DNA of 48,306 nucleotides from Candidatus Iainarchaeum sp. (GCA_016939415.1 JAFGGZ010000054.1:1-48306), one strand, 5' to 3'; counted from the first letter of the stretch, positions 33,388 to 40,880 are shown. Notes: a model not told the origin generated them from the letters alone. A program made the numbers and translations.

Positions 33388-33735
33388 TCACTCAATTATT
33401 TTACTTAGTTCACCAGCAGCAAGCTTTTGTACATTCTCTTCAACATTCCCGCTCACAGCAGCATACATTTCCACGCCGAACTGATTAAGCACTGAGGACG
33501 CCCTCGGACCGATTGCACCAGAGATCACTGCATCAACCTTCTCATTGACGATCAACTCTGCAGCAGCGATTCCGGCGCCACCGCGCTGGTCGATGGCCGG
33601 GTTCTTGACTGCTTTGACGAAACTGATTCCCTCACCGCTTACCTCCATTATGACGAAATAGGGGCAGCGACCGAAAACATTGCTCACTTCAGAATCTTTT
33701 CCCTCTCCTGTTGCTGTTACTGCTACTCTCATCAA
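33388..33735 (-). CDS. NifB/NifX-type protein (second copy)
   Basis: RVAV...G...S.V...FGRCPYFVI and VDAVISGAIGPRA pattern. 115 aa. Confidence 0.75.
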   Translation of the reverse strand: MMRVAVTATGEGKDSEVSNVFGRCPYFVIMEVSGEGISFVKAVKNPAIDQRGGAGIAAAELIVNEKVDAVISGAIGPRASSVLNQFGVEMYAAVSGNVEENVQKLAAGELSKIIE

Positions 33736-33736
33736 A

Positions 33737-34177
33737 TCACCTCACCATTTTTGCTCCGCACTTCGGACACTTCATCTCATAGCACGGCACGCCGCGCTGG
33801 TGCGGGGATTTAGTGCCGCACTTCGGGCAGACGCACTCGCCGCCAGGGCCGAGCGCCCTCCCGCTCATCCTGCCTCTTCCTCCAATCATATAATCACCTC
33901 CTTCGATGCGGATTGCCTTCCCGCTGATCAATGCATCGCTTACCTTATGCCGGGCTGAACCGAGAAGACGGTTGAAGGTCGGCTGCGAAATCCTCATCTT
34001 CTCTGCTGCTTTCTCCTGGGGCATGTTCTCCGAGTCCGCGAGCCGCAGCGCTTCATACTCATCAACAGTCAGGACTACTTCGTCCAGATCGCTGATCGGC
34101 ACGCCGCGCGGCTTGAAGTACGTTATCCCCGGTTCGCTTCCGACCCACCGCCTCTTCCTCGGTCGTGGCATACTCAA
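33737..34177 (-). CDS. DUF134 (UPF0251) DNA-binding protein with C-terminal double CxxC zinc ribbon
   Basis: [10 protein letters not shown]...YFKPRG...[13 protein letters not shown]...Q.EAA..M.ISQPTF.R.L, then CPKCG...CPKCG. Confidence 0.8.
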   Translation of the reverse strand: MSMPRPRKRRWVGSEPGITYFKPRGVPISDLDEVVLTVDEYEALRLADSENMPQEKAAEKMRISQPTFNRLLGSARHKVSDALISGKAIRIEGGDYMIGGRGRMSGRALGPGGECVCPKCGTKSPHQRGVPCYEMKCPKCGAKMVR

Positions 34178-34437
34178 TCATGCTCTTCGAAAGCCTTGTC
34201 CTGCTCGGCATCGTTCTTCCTGATCCATTCCATCAGCATGGCTGCGTGCTCCTTCTCCTCATCCCGGTTATGCTCAAGGATTCTCTTCAGCCCTGCATCC
34301 GAAACATTCTCAACCCGTTCCTGATACCAGTTTATCGCTTCCAGTTCCTCTACCAGCGATTGCCTCGCTCGTTCCAGATCCTTGGTCTCCTGCGAAAGGT
34401 TTTCTCTTCCTTCATGCTCTCCTGTCATTTCACTCAC
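34174..34437 (-). CDS. encapsulated-ferritin-like (EncFtn-type) small ferritin-like protein
   Basis: [13 protein letters not shown] and [21 protein letters not shown] match the EncFtn ferroxidase-centre segments as I recall them. 87 aa with no obvious C-terminal targeting peptide. Confidence 0.7.
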   Translation of the reverse strand: MSEMTGEHEGRENLSQETKDLERARQSLVEELEAINWYQERVENVSDAGLKRILEHNRDEEKEHAAMLMEWIRKNDAEQDKAFEEHD

Positions 34438-34717
34438 TCAATTCCTTCAGCTTTTTTGCTATACCCTGTCTTGCGGCTTCAAGCTCTTCAAGCTCTGCTT
34501 CCATGACCTTCTTTTCCTCTTCAAGTATACTTACTTGCTGGTCCTTGGTAAGCTCCACCTGTCGCGCTGGCGCAAAACCCAAAAATCGTCTTCCGCGACC
34601 CATTCCACGGCCAAAGCCCATTCCGAAAGCTACTGAGCTGAAGCCCGGGCAATTGCCCAAACCTCTTCCGGTTCTAGGTCCATGACCCATGGGTCCGGTT
34701 CCATCTCCATACGGCAT
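34430..34717 (-). CDS. DUF5320-like protein
   Basis: MPYGDGTGPMGHGPRTGRGLGNCPG N-terminus plus a C-terminal coiled coil. AGAGGTGA SD upstream. First gene of the operon. Confidence 0.7.
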   Translation of the reverse strand: MPYGDGTGPMGHGPRTGRGLGNCPGFSSVAFGMGFGRGMGRGRRFLGFAPARQVELTKDQQVSILEEEKKVMEAELEELEAARQGIAKKLKELSE

Positions 34718-34795
34718 TTTTACATCACCTCTTTTTGTTTATAGAGTTATGAATAATTATTCACTAACTACTATTTAAAGGTAACGGATTATGAT
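34718..34795 (-). promoter_or_regulatory. promoter region of the nine-gene operon with a perfect 14-nt palindrome TGAATAATTATTCA (34750-34763)
   Basis: On the minus strand the order is CTTTAAATAG TATA-like box, palindrome, CTATAAAC, AGAGGTGA, ATG. Confidence 0.45.
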
Positions 34796-35527
34796 TCAAA
34801 ACCCCGTTATGATGGACGAGAGAGCAGCGTAAGAGACCATGCCAAACAACAGGCCGAGCGACGCGAAATCCATGCCGCCATACCTCTGGGCGAGTGGCAG
34901 GAGCTCATCCAGGGAAACGAAGATCATGGCCCCCGCCGCAAAAGCGAGCATAAGCGGGTTCAATGCAGGGACCCACGCGAACAAGGCCAGACCCATCAAA
35001 GCCCCCGCAGGCTCTGCGAGAGCAGAGAGAAACGCAAGCCAAAACAGTTCCTTCTTTTTCTTTGCCATAACGAGCGGTATCCCTAGCGCGAATTCTTCAG
35101 GGATGTTGTGCAGGCCTATGCCAATAGCAACAGCAGTGCCTGCAAGGGGATTGACCATGAACGCTGTGGCCATGGCGAATCCTTCAGGGAAGTCGTGGAT
35201 TATGAGACCGAGCGCCACCATATGCCCGGTCTTGAGTTCTCTGGCTTTTTTCGCGGACTCTTTGATGAAGTGTATGTGGGGGTAGAGGAAGTCGAATGAC
35301 CAGACCACTAGGAAGCCAGTGGCGAACACGGCCAGGACGAGCAGCTCGTCCGCTTCGGATATGGCTAATGGGAATAGCTCGAAGAATGAGATCGAGATCA
35401 TGACGCCCGAAGAGAACCCTATGCCGACGCTGGCCAGCTTCTTGGTTTTAGTGCAGCACGTGGCGAGGAGCACGCCAACGAAGGTAGTGAGTCCGGACAG
35501 CAACGCTATGAAGACTATTTCTAGCAC
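34796..35527 (-). CDS. ZIP family metal transporter
   Basis: HDFPEGFAMATAF and HNIPEEFALGIPL motifs. GTG start, 243 aa. Confidence 0.85.
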   Translation of the reverse strand: MLEIVFIALLSGLTTFVGVLLATCCTKTKKLASVGIGFSSGVMISISFFELFPLAISEADELLVLAVFATGFLVVWSFDFLYPHIHFIKESAKKARELKTGHMVALGLIIHDFPEGFAMATAFMVNPLAGTAVAIGIGLHNIPEEFALGIPLVMAKKKKELFWLAFLSALAEPAGALMGLALFAWVPALNPLMLAFAAGAMIFVSLDELLPLAQRYGGMDFASLGLLFGMVSYAALSSIITGF

Positions 35528-35584
35528 GAGGAGATAGTTCTCGCTGGCAGTATTTAAGCTTTCTCACGGCGTTGCGTTCAGCAC

Positions 35585-36178
35585 TCAGCCAAAGAGCTTC
35601 TCAAGCTTTTTCTTGTTTTCCTGCGGTCCCTTGAACAGGAGCACGTCGCCTGCGTTCACGACCTCGTCCGCGCTCAGCAGGTACTTCCACTCCTTTTTCT
35701 TGATGGCTATCAAGTGCATGCCTGTCGCGCTCACGACGTCCAGCGCCTGGAACGGCTTGCCGACTGATGCTGACTCTGGCTTGACCTCGACCTTTACGAT
35801 GGCCGCCCTGCCCTGCGACACCACTTCACGGAGGAGGGAGTGCTTCTTCACGCCTTTCCGCACCATGGCCGCTATGTGCCTCGCGCTGTTCGCTATGTCT
35901 TCCGTGTTCTTGGCGACTTCGAGCACTGCGACCATGCCTTCTGCGTCTGCTGGCGGCACCCTGCTGAGTATGGTCTTCAGGTTGACTTCCCGCTCGAGCC
36001 TCCGCACGCTCTCGTACAACGACTCCACGTCCTCGGCGAGTGCTTTGTCGTCTGTCAGCAGCGAGCTGTAAGCCAAGTCGACCATGAGGCTGGACAGGTC
36101 GCGCATGCTTATCAGGTAGTCGAGCACGCCCCTGTCGTTCTCAAGGACTTTTTCCGCGAATTTTTTGTTCATATACAA
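35585..36178 (-). CDS. PhoU-like helical domain + TrkA-C/RCK_C-type ligand-binding domain regulatory protein
   Basis: N-terminal helical repeats and a C-terminal VKPESASVGKPFQALDV...GMHLIAIKK...AGDVLLFKG. Directly downstream (3') of the MgtE-like pair on the minus strand. Confidence 0.6.
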   Translation of the reverse strand: MYMNKKFAEKVLENDRGVLDYLISMRDLSSLMVDLAYSSLLTDDKALAEDVESLYESVRRLEREVNLKTILSRVPPADAEGMVAVLEVAKNTEDIANSARHIAAMVRKGVKKHSLLREVVSQGRAAIVKVEVKPESASVGKPFQALDVVSATGMHLIAIKKKEWKYLLSADEVVNAGDVLLFKGPQENKKKLEKLFG

Positions 36179-36187
36179 TCACCCTTT

Positions 36188-36742
36188 TCACAAACTTATT
36201 ACGAATCCTACGAATGAAATGAATATCATGATGCCGACCACGTCGCTGAACGTGGTGAGGAACGGCGCTTCGAAGTTGTCGGGGTCGAGCCGCGCCATCG
36301 TGGTCGCAACGCTGACTGCGACTGCTATGGCAAGGTCAAGCGTCACCACAACGACTGCTGAGGCCATCACCGCGGCGAGGAACTTCAACAGCGGCGGCAT
36401 GGCCAGGCCCAGCACGGCGGAGAAGGCGAATGCTAGCAGCGCCATCACGATGAAGAAGAGGATTGTCGTGACGTACGTGCCGGCGACATTGTCCCTGAAC
36501 CTCTTGCTGCGCAGCGACGCCCTGCCAGTGCCGAGGTGGAGCGACGTGGTGAGTCTGGAGGCGAAGCTGCTGGATATGTCGCCGCACGAGTCGATGAATG
36601 CCGGTATCATGAGCAGCACGCCGGGGTACGTGGCCAGGAACGCGGCGTTCGTCTCGAGGGTGAGTCCTGCGAACATGCTGAGGAAGGTAAACGCAACGAG
36701 TGGTGGCGCGCTCTCGAGGATGATGCGCTTCGCAGAATACAT
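36188..36742 (-). CDS. MgtE-like divalent cation transporter, membrane domain only (half-size, copy 2)
   Basis: Start MYSAKRII overlaps the upstream stop (TGATG). PAFIDSCGDISS and LDPDNFEAPFLTTFSDVVG resemble the MgtE TM-domain motifs. Confidence 0.7.
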   Translation of the reverse strand: MYSAKRIILESAPPLVAFTFLSMFAGLTLETNAAFLATYPGVLLMIPAFIDSCGDISSSFASRLTTSLHLGTGRASLRSKRFRDNVAGTYVTTILFFIVMALLAFAFSAVLGLAMPPLLKFLAAVMASAVVVVTLDLAIAVAVSVATTMARLDPDNFEAPFLTTFSDVVGIMIFISFVGFVISL

Positions 36743-37314
36743 CAGCCAGCCACCCCCAGGTAAGCGAGGACGGACAAGTACACTGCCACGACGACGATGA
36801 CGTCGCCAGTCGTGGTGAGGGTGGGGATGACGACGCTGGACGGGTCGAGCCTGTGCTTTCGCGCGTAGAACGACAGCCACACAGTGAAGAGGGATTGGAT
36901 TGCGGCGACTGTTGTGAGCGACAGCAGGGAGATGAACGCGAAGCCCCATAATGGCACGTGCGGGATGCCCGCTGCCTCTCTTACGACGTACCCAGAGAGC
37001 GCTGCGACGACCGCGACTATGATCGCTACTGCGACAGTGCCTGCGACGTTTTCGCTGACTTCTTTGTTCTGCCGTGACTTGATGACGCCGAGGTGCATGG
37101 CAGTGGATATCCGCGCTGCGAGAGCGCTGTCCAAGGCATTGCGGACATTCATGAGCGCTGGCACGAGCACGAACACGCCGGGGACGAGGGGGAGTATTTC
37201 AAGGTAGTGGCTGAGGAAGTAGCCGCCGAACAGCTCGCCGATGCCGGATAGTATCATGAAGGGAAGTGATTGCGAGATGATTTTCCTGAAACTCCAGTAC
37301 GGCTCCATTTCCAT
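36742..37314 (-). CDS. MgtE-like divalent cation transporter, membrane domain only (half-size, copy 1)
   Basis: Start MEMEPYW. PALMNVRNALDS and LDPSSVVIPTLTTTGDVI motifs, 5 TM helices. Confidence 0.7.
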   Translation of the reverse strand: MEMEPYWSFRKIISQSLPFMILSGIGELFGGYFLSHYLEILPLVPGVFVLVPALMNVRNALDSALAARISTAMHLGVIKSRQNKEVSENVAGTVAVAIIVAVVAALSGYVVREAAGIPHVPLWGFAFISLLSLTTVAAIQSLFTVWLSFYARKHRLDPSSVVIPTLTTTGDVIVVVAVYLSVLAYLGVAG

Positions 37315-37575
37315 GAAAACAAAACGAGCAGGGTTTAAAAGCCTTGTACTCGCGTGGTGGAACGCTGCTCTCTCTCGTTGAGCTGGCAAGTAACGAAGCG
37401 CTTGATTGGGGTCTGGAGGACGTTGCTTTGCACATCCGTATGTTATTATATGCGCGTTCGCATAAGTTTCGCTCATGAATCATACGGAAAGAAATGCGGC
37501 GACCCGGAGGGCCGTGGCGAGAACGCTCATCAAAGCCCACAAACAGGCAAAAGCGCCGTGACCCGGCTTTGCGCG

Positions 37576-38766
37576 TCAGTAAATGTGCTCCTGGCCGTCA
37601 GTCGTTGGCGCTGTCCACAACACGTGGTCGTCGGCAGGCAGTTGCTGCAGGTTGCTCATCTCGTAGTCGTCGCGGTGCAGGTTGTATGAATCGTAGAAGC
37701 CGTTGTAGATTTCGAACACTTCTCCTGTGTCCGGGTTGTACACCCGTTCCCTGTCCAGCATTGCGTCACTCCTCTTCTCGGAGATTATGTCGTCTGATTT
37801 CTGGCGGGCGTTCCAGGAATCGATTATCACGTCGCTTGTCTCGCTCAGGGTCCGGCCGAGCTCCAGGGATGCTTGGAGTTGGGCTTGCTGGTTCCTGAGG
37901 CACTGCGAGATGTAAGCGTCTGAGAACGCCATGGTTTGCAGTGATTGCGTCAGCACGGGCTCGTACTGGTCGAAAGAGTCTTTTTCGGCGGTGACTCCTG
38001 TGAAGCTGAACGCGTACGAGATGCCGCCTCCCGGCATGCCGTAGCTGGGCAGCACTTCCGCGACTGCGACGTAGAAAACGCCTTCGCCGACTTCGTTTCC
38101 GGCGCTGAAGAGGGCTCGCATGGTTTCAGCGTTCGCGCCGGTGATTATCGAGCTCTCCAGCTGTGAAGAAACCACTTCGGCGTCGTTGAGTTGCGGCCAC
38201 GAGCTCGTGAATGCTTTGGACAACGCCATTTGCGTGAGTTGCGGGTATATGCCCAGGAATTTTTGCGGCGTGGTCGGGTTCAGTACGGGCGCGTCCTGCC
38301 AGAGTAGTTGGTAGCCGCCCATGGCCATGTAGTCCTGATCCACTTGAATCTGCTGTTGGTTCGAGTACATGGGACCGAGCTCGTTGAAGTAAAAGATTGC
38401 GTTAGCGGGGTTGGCCGGGTCTTTGACTATCACGGCGAGCGTTTCGCAGTCCCCTGCTTTCGTGACCTGCCAGCCGACTGGCTTCTGCATTGCGAACACT
38501 TCACTCGCGTGATTCTCGAGCTGCAACGCTTGTATGGGAGTAGGCGTAGGAGTGGGGGTGGGCGTTGGAGTCGGCGTCGGAGTGGGAGTAGGCGCGGGCG
38601 TTGGAGTGGGTGTGGGTGCGGATGTGTTTATTATTTGTATTGCTTGCGGCGAGCAGTCTTGCGGGCAGTTTTGTTCGTCTTCCGGGTATTCGCAGATGCC
38701 GTCGCCGCATTCTGTGATGCATCCTGCGAGGATGGCGAGTGCGATGAGGAGTGCAAAGCGTTTCAT
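37576..38766 (-). CDS. secreted lipobox protein with Cys-rich module and (Thr-Pro)n linker
   Basis: MKRFALLIALAILAGC, then CGDGICEYPEDEQNCPQDC, a 28-residue A/TP repeat, and an about 320-aa globular domain of unknown family. Confidence 0.7.
   Translation of the reverse strand: MKRFALLIALAILAGCITECGDGICEYPEDEQNCPQDCSPQAIQIINTSAPTPTPTPAPTPTPTPTPTPTPTPTPTPIQALQLENHASEVFAMQKPVGWQVTKAGDCETLAVIVKDPANPANAIFYFNELGPMYSNQQQIQVDQDYMAMGGYQLLWQDAPVLNPTTPQKFLGIYPQLTQMALSKAFTSSWPQLNDAEVVSSQLESSIITGANAETMRALFSAGNEVGEGVFYVAVAEVLPSYGMPGGGISYAFSFTGVTAEKDSFDQYEPVLTQSLQTMAFSDAYISQCLRNQQAQLQASLELGRTLSETSDVIIDSWNARQKSDDIISEKRSDAMLDRERVYNPDTGEVFEIYNGFYDSYNLHRDDYEMSNLQQLPADDHVLWTAPTTDGQEHIY
38536..38619 (-). repeat. 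imperfect hexanucleotide repeat encoding (Thr-Pro)13-like linker
   Basis: The plus strand reads GGNGTN repeats with varied third positions, so it is coding low complexity and not a spacer-repeat array. Confidence 0.8.
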
Positions 38767-38837
38767 GCGGAAAATAATCCCGTCGGGGTTAAAAAATGTT
38801 CGCTCCATCTTGTGTGGCGTGCATGCCCTGACAAGCA

Positions 38838-39083
38838 TTGAATATGCTTTCCGATACAATGAAGCGCATGGAGATCGCGGACAAGAGTCTTTTCGCGAAG
38901 TATGTCGTGCCTGCGGAGTACTTGGGGGAAGGAATCGCGCTGACGCCGTACGGCAGAAGAAAGGTTAATATAGATTTCTTGCCTAATGTGGGGGTTGGAC
39001 AGCACGTGATCGTGCACTACAATTACGTTGTTGAGGGGATTGATGGGAAACAGTTCGAGGAGTTGCGGGTGAAGAAGGCATGA
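38838..39083 (+). CDS. HypC-like OB-fold small protein lacking the N-terminal Cys
   Basis: AKYVVPAEYLGEG...VGVGQHVIVHYNYVVEGIDGKQFEEL parallels the HypC pattern (MCxxVPG...GDxVLVHxGFA). Start ambiguous: TTG 38838, or ATG 38844, 38859 or 38868. Confidence 0.45.
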   Translation: MNMLSDTMKRMEIADKSLFAKYVVPAEYLGEGIALTPYGRRKVNIDFLPNVGVGQHVIVHYNYVVEGIDGKQFEELRVKKA

Positions 39084-39970
39084 ATGCGTACTTGTTCGTC
39101 GTCGCTACTGCAGTGATTTCTGGAGTGTCCATCTTTCTCAACAAGTTCGGCGTGAGCGGCATGGACCCGTTCGTGTTCACGTCGCTGAAGAACGCTTTGG
39201 TTGCTACTGTGTTGTTGTCTGGCCTGGCGCTGGTCGCGAGGCTTGATGTGTTGCGCAATCTGTCTGAAGATGCGTGGAAGAAGCTCATCCTCCTCGGATT
39301 GGTTGGGGGGAGCGTTCCTTTCTTGTTGTTTTTCTGGGGTTTGAGCGGGGCGAGTGCTGCGTCGGCGGCGTTCATTCACAAGACGATGTTCGTGTGGGTG
39401 GGTTTGCTGGCGTTTTTTTTCTTGGGCGAGCGGTTGACGCGCGTGCAGGTGCTGGCGTCCGGACTGCTGTTCGCTGGGGTCGCGCTTTTTTCGGCGCCTT
39501 CATTGTCGTTGGGGTTGCCTGAGCTCGCGATTCTCGCTGCGACATTGTTGTGGTCGGCGGAGGTCGTCATCGCGAAGAAGGCGTTGAAGGAAGTGCCTGC
39601 CAGCGTCGTGGCGTGGGGGAGGATGTTTTTCGGTTCGTTGGTGCTTACTGGCTTCTTGTTATTGACTGGCGGGATTGGTTCTATCGCGTCCCTTGGTTTG
39701 AGTGAGTGGTGCTGGATTGCGGTGACGAGCGTGTTGTTGTGCGGGTATGTCTTCACGTGGTACTCCGGGTTGGCGGGCATTCCTGCGACTCATGCTGCGG
39801 CTGTACTTGTTGTGGGGTCTGTTATCACGACAGCGTTGTCTGCGGTGCTCCTGGGGACGGCTGTTCCCGCGACCGAGCTGGCGGGTTACGTGATGGTGTT
39901 AATGAGCGTGGTTCTGATCACCGTGCATGTGTGGGCGGGGTCTGCGAACAGGGTGGTTGCATGTGCTTGA
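39080..39970 (+). CDS. EamA/DMT family transporter
   Basis: 10 TM helices in two EamA-like halves. ATGA overlap with the upstream ORF. Confidence 0.8.
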   Translation: MNAYLFVVATAVISGVSIFLNKFGVSGMDPFVFTSLKNALVATVLLSGLALVARLDVLRNLSEDAWKKLILLGLVGGSVPFLLFFWGLSGASAASAAFIHKTMFVWVGLLAFFFLGERLTRVQVLASGLLFAGVALFSAPSLSLGLPELAILAATLLWSAEVVIAKKALKEVPASVVAWGRMFFGSLVLTGFLLLTGGIGSIASLGLSEWCWIAVTSVLLCGYVFTWYSGLAGIPATHAAAVLVVGSVITTALSAVLLGTAVPATELAGYVMVLMSVVLITVHVWAGSANRVVACA

Positions 39971-40155
39971 CTGTTCCTGCGAGGGTGTTGTCTGTTGACG
40001 GGGAGAGTGTTCGTGTTGAGGTGAGGGGCGTTGAGAGGCAGGCGAAGTGCTTCGTGAGCGTGAGTGAAGGGGATTTTGTGGAAGTTGGGATGGGCGTTGT
40101 TTTGGGCAGGATTTCGAGGGAGAGGTTCGACGAACTCGCTAGTTTTTCTGTTTGA
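39961..40155 (+). CDS. hypC: HypC/HupF-family small OB-fold protein
   Basis: MCLTVPARVLSVDGESVRVEVRGVERQ...EGDFVEVGMGVVLGRI. Overlaps the EamA gene end by 10 nt. Confidence 0.7.
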   Translation: MCLTVPARVLSVDGESVRVEVRGVERQAKCFVSVSEGDFVEVGMGVVLGRISRERFDELASFSV

Positions 40156-40194
40156 AGAGTTGTGCTGCTGGGCAACGAATCTTTGGAGGGCGCT

Positions 40195-40437
40195 TCATTC
40201 TTCGCCGTAAAACAACTGCCGGGCGTTTTCCTCGAACTTTGCCCATGAGGGTAGGAAATTGGATATTTTTGATTCCATCGCCTTCTGGGTGAGGAGGGAT
40301 TGAATTGCAGCGCTTTCGAGGTCCAGCCTGCTTTGCGTCTCTACGTATACTGGTTCATCGCTTTCCGCTGCCGCGCCCTCTGAAGGAGCCGGGCTTTTCG
40401 CGGCACGCACAAGCACGCTGAAGGTCTCCAAGTTCAC
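40195..40437 (-). CDS. hypothetical protein
   Basis: 80-aa ORF with a 4-nt overlap to the upstream ORF. No motif recognised. Confidence 0.4.
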   Translation of the reverse strand: MNLETFSVLVRAAKSPAPSEGAAAESDEPVYVETQSRLDLESAAIQSLLTQKAMESKISNFLPSWAKFEENARQLFYGEE

Positions 40438-40835
40438 GGGGTGGGGTCTGTGTCCGGTTTCTGTATTCGTCCTTCGATGTACTTACTGCGCATAAGTTCC
40501 TCGATTTCTTCGAGGGCCGCGTGCTTTTCGATGCCGCGGTTTTCGAGCGATTCGAGTATGCTGCCGAGAGAGGCTTCGCCCGCCGACCTTGTCGCGTTGA
40601 GGACTGCGTACTGGGTCGGCGTCAAGTACTTCCTGGCGTTGAATTTCTTGTCCGAGAGGAGCTGTTCCACCGCCCGATTGATCGCTTCCTTCATCCCCTC
40701 GTTCGGCGGCTGGAACCGCGGGAGTCCCCTGCCGCTCGCAAGGCTTTTCTTCATTAAGTCCAGGCGTTTGTCAGTCCAGAAATCTACGTACTTCTTCGTC
40801 CAGTACGTTTTTGGGCTGGGCGGCTTCTTTTCCAT
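40434..40835 (-). CDS. hypothetical protein, possible winged-helix C-terminal half
   Basis: 133-aa ORF. LTPTQYAVLNATRSAGEASLGSILESLENRG is HTH-like. Confidence 0.45.
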   Translation of the reverse strand: MEKKPPSPKTYWTKKYVDFWTDKRLDLMKKSLASGRGLPRFQPPNEGMKEAINRAVEQLLSDKKFNARKYLTPTQYAVLNATRSAGEASLGSILESLENRGIEKHAALEEIEELMRSKYIEGRIQKPDTDPTP

Positions 40836-40880
40836 GAGAATGACTATGCATTAACTCATTAAAAAGGCTGCGGGGGGGGA

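Noticed and set aside
33043-33735. NifX/NifB-like genes as evidence of nitrogen fixation
   Set aside because: Only the small cofactor-binding fold is present. There are no nifH/D/K/E/N genes and no full NifB radical SAM fusion in the window. This fold occurs widely in non-diazotrophs.
34174-34437. A complete encapsulin nanocompartment system
   Set aside because: No HK97-fold shell-sized gene flanks the EncFtn-like gene, and no C-terminal cargo-loading peptide is apparent. It is therefore reported only as an orphan EncFtn-like protein.
36165-36800. 211-aa plus-strand ORF
   Set aside because: It is antisense to the MgtE-like gene. The Ala/Ser/Thr-rich translation mirrors the TM-helix codons of the real gene.
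38534-38968. 144-aa plus-strand ORF starting with (Gly-Val)n; also considered as a possible CRISPR or microsatellite array
   Set aside because: It is the antisense reading of the (Thr-Pro)n linker of a lipobox protein. The repeats are 6-nt coding repeats with wobble variation and no spacer structure, so this is neither a CRISPR array nor an independent gene.
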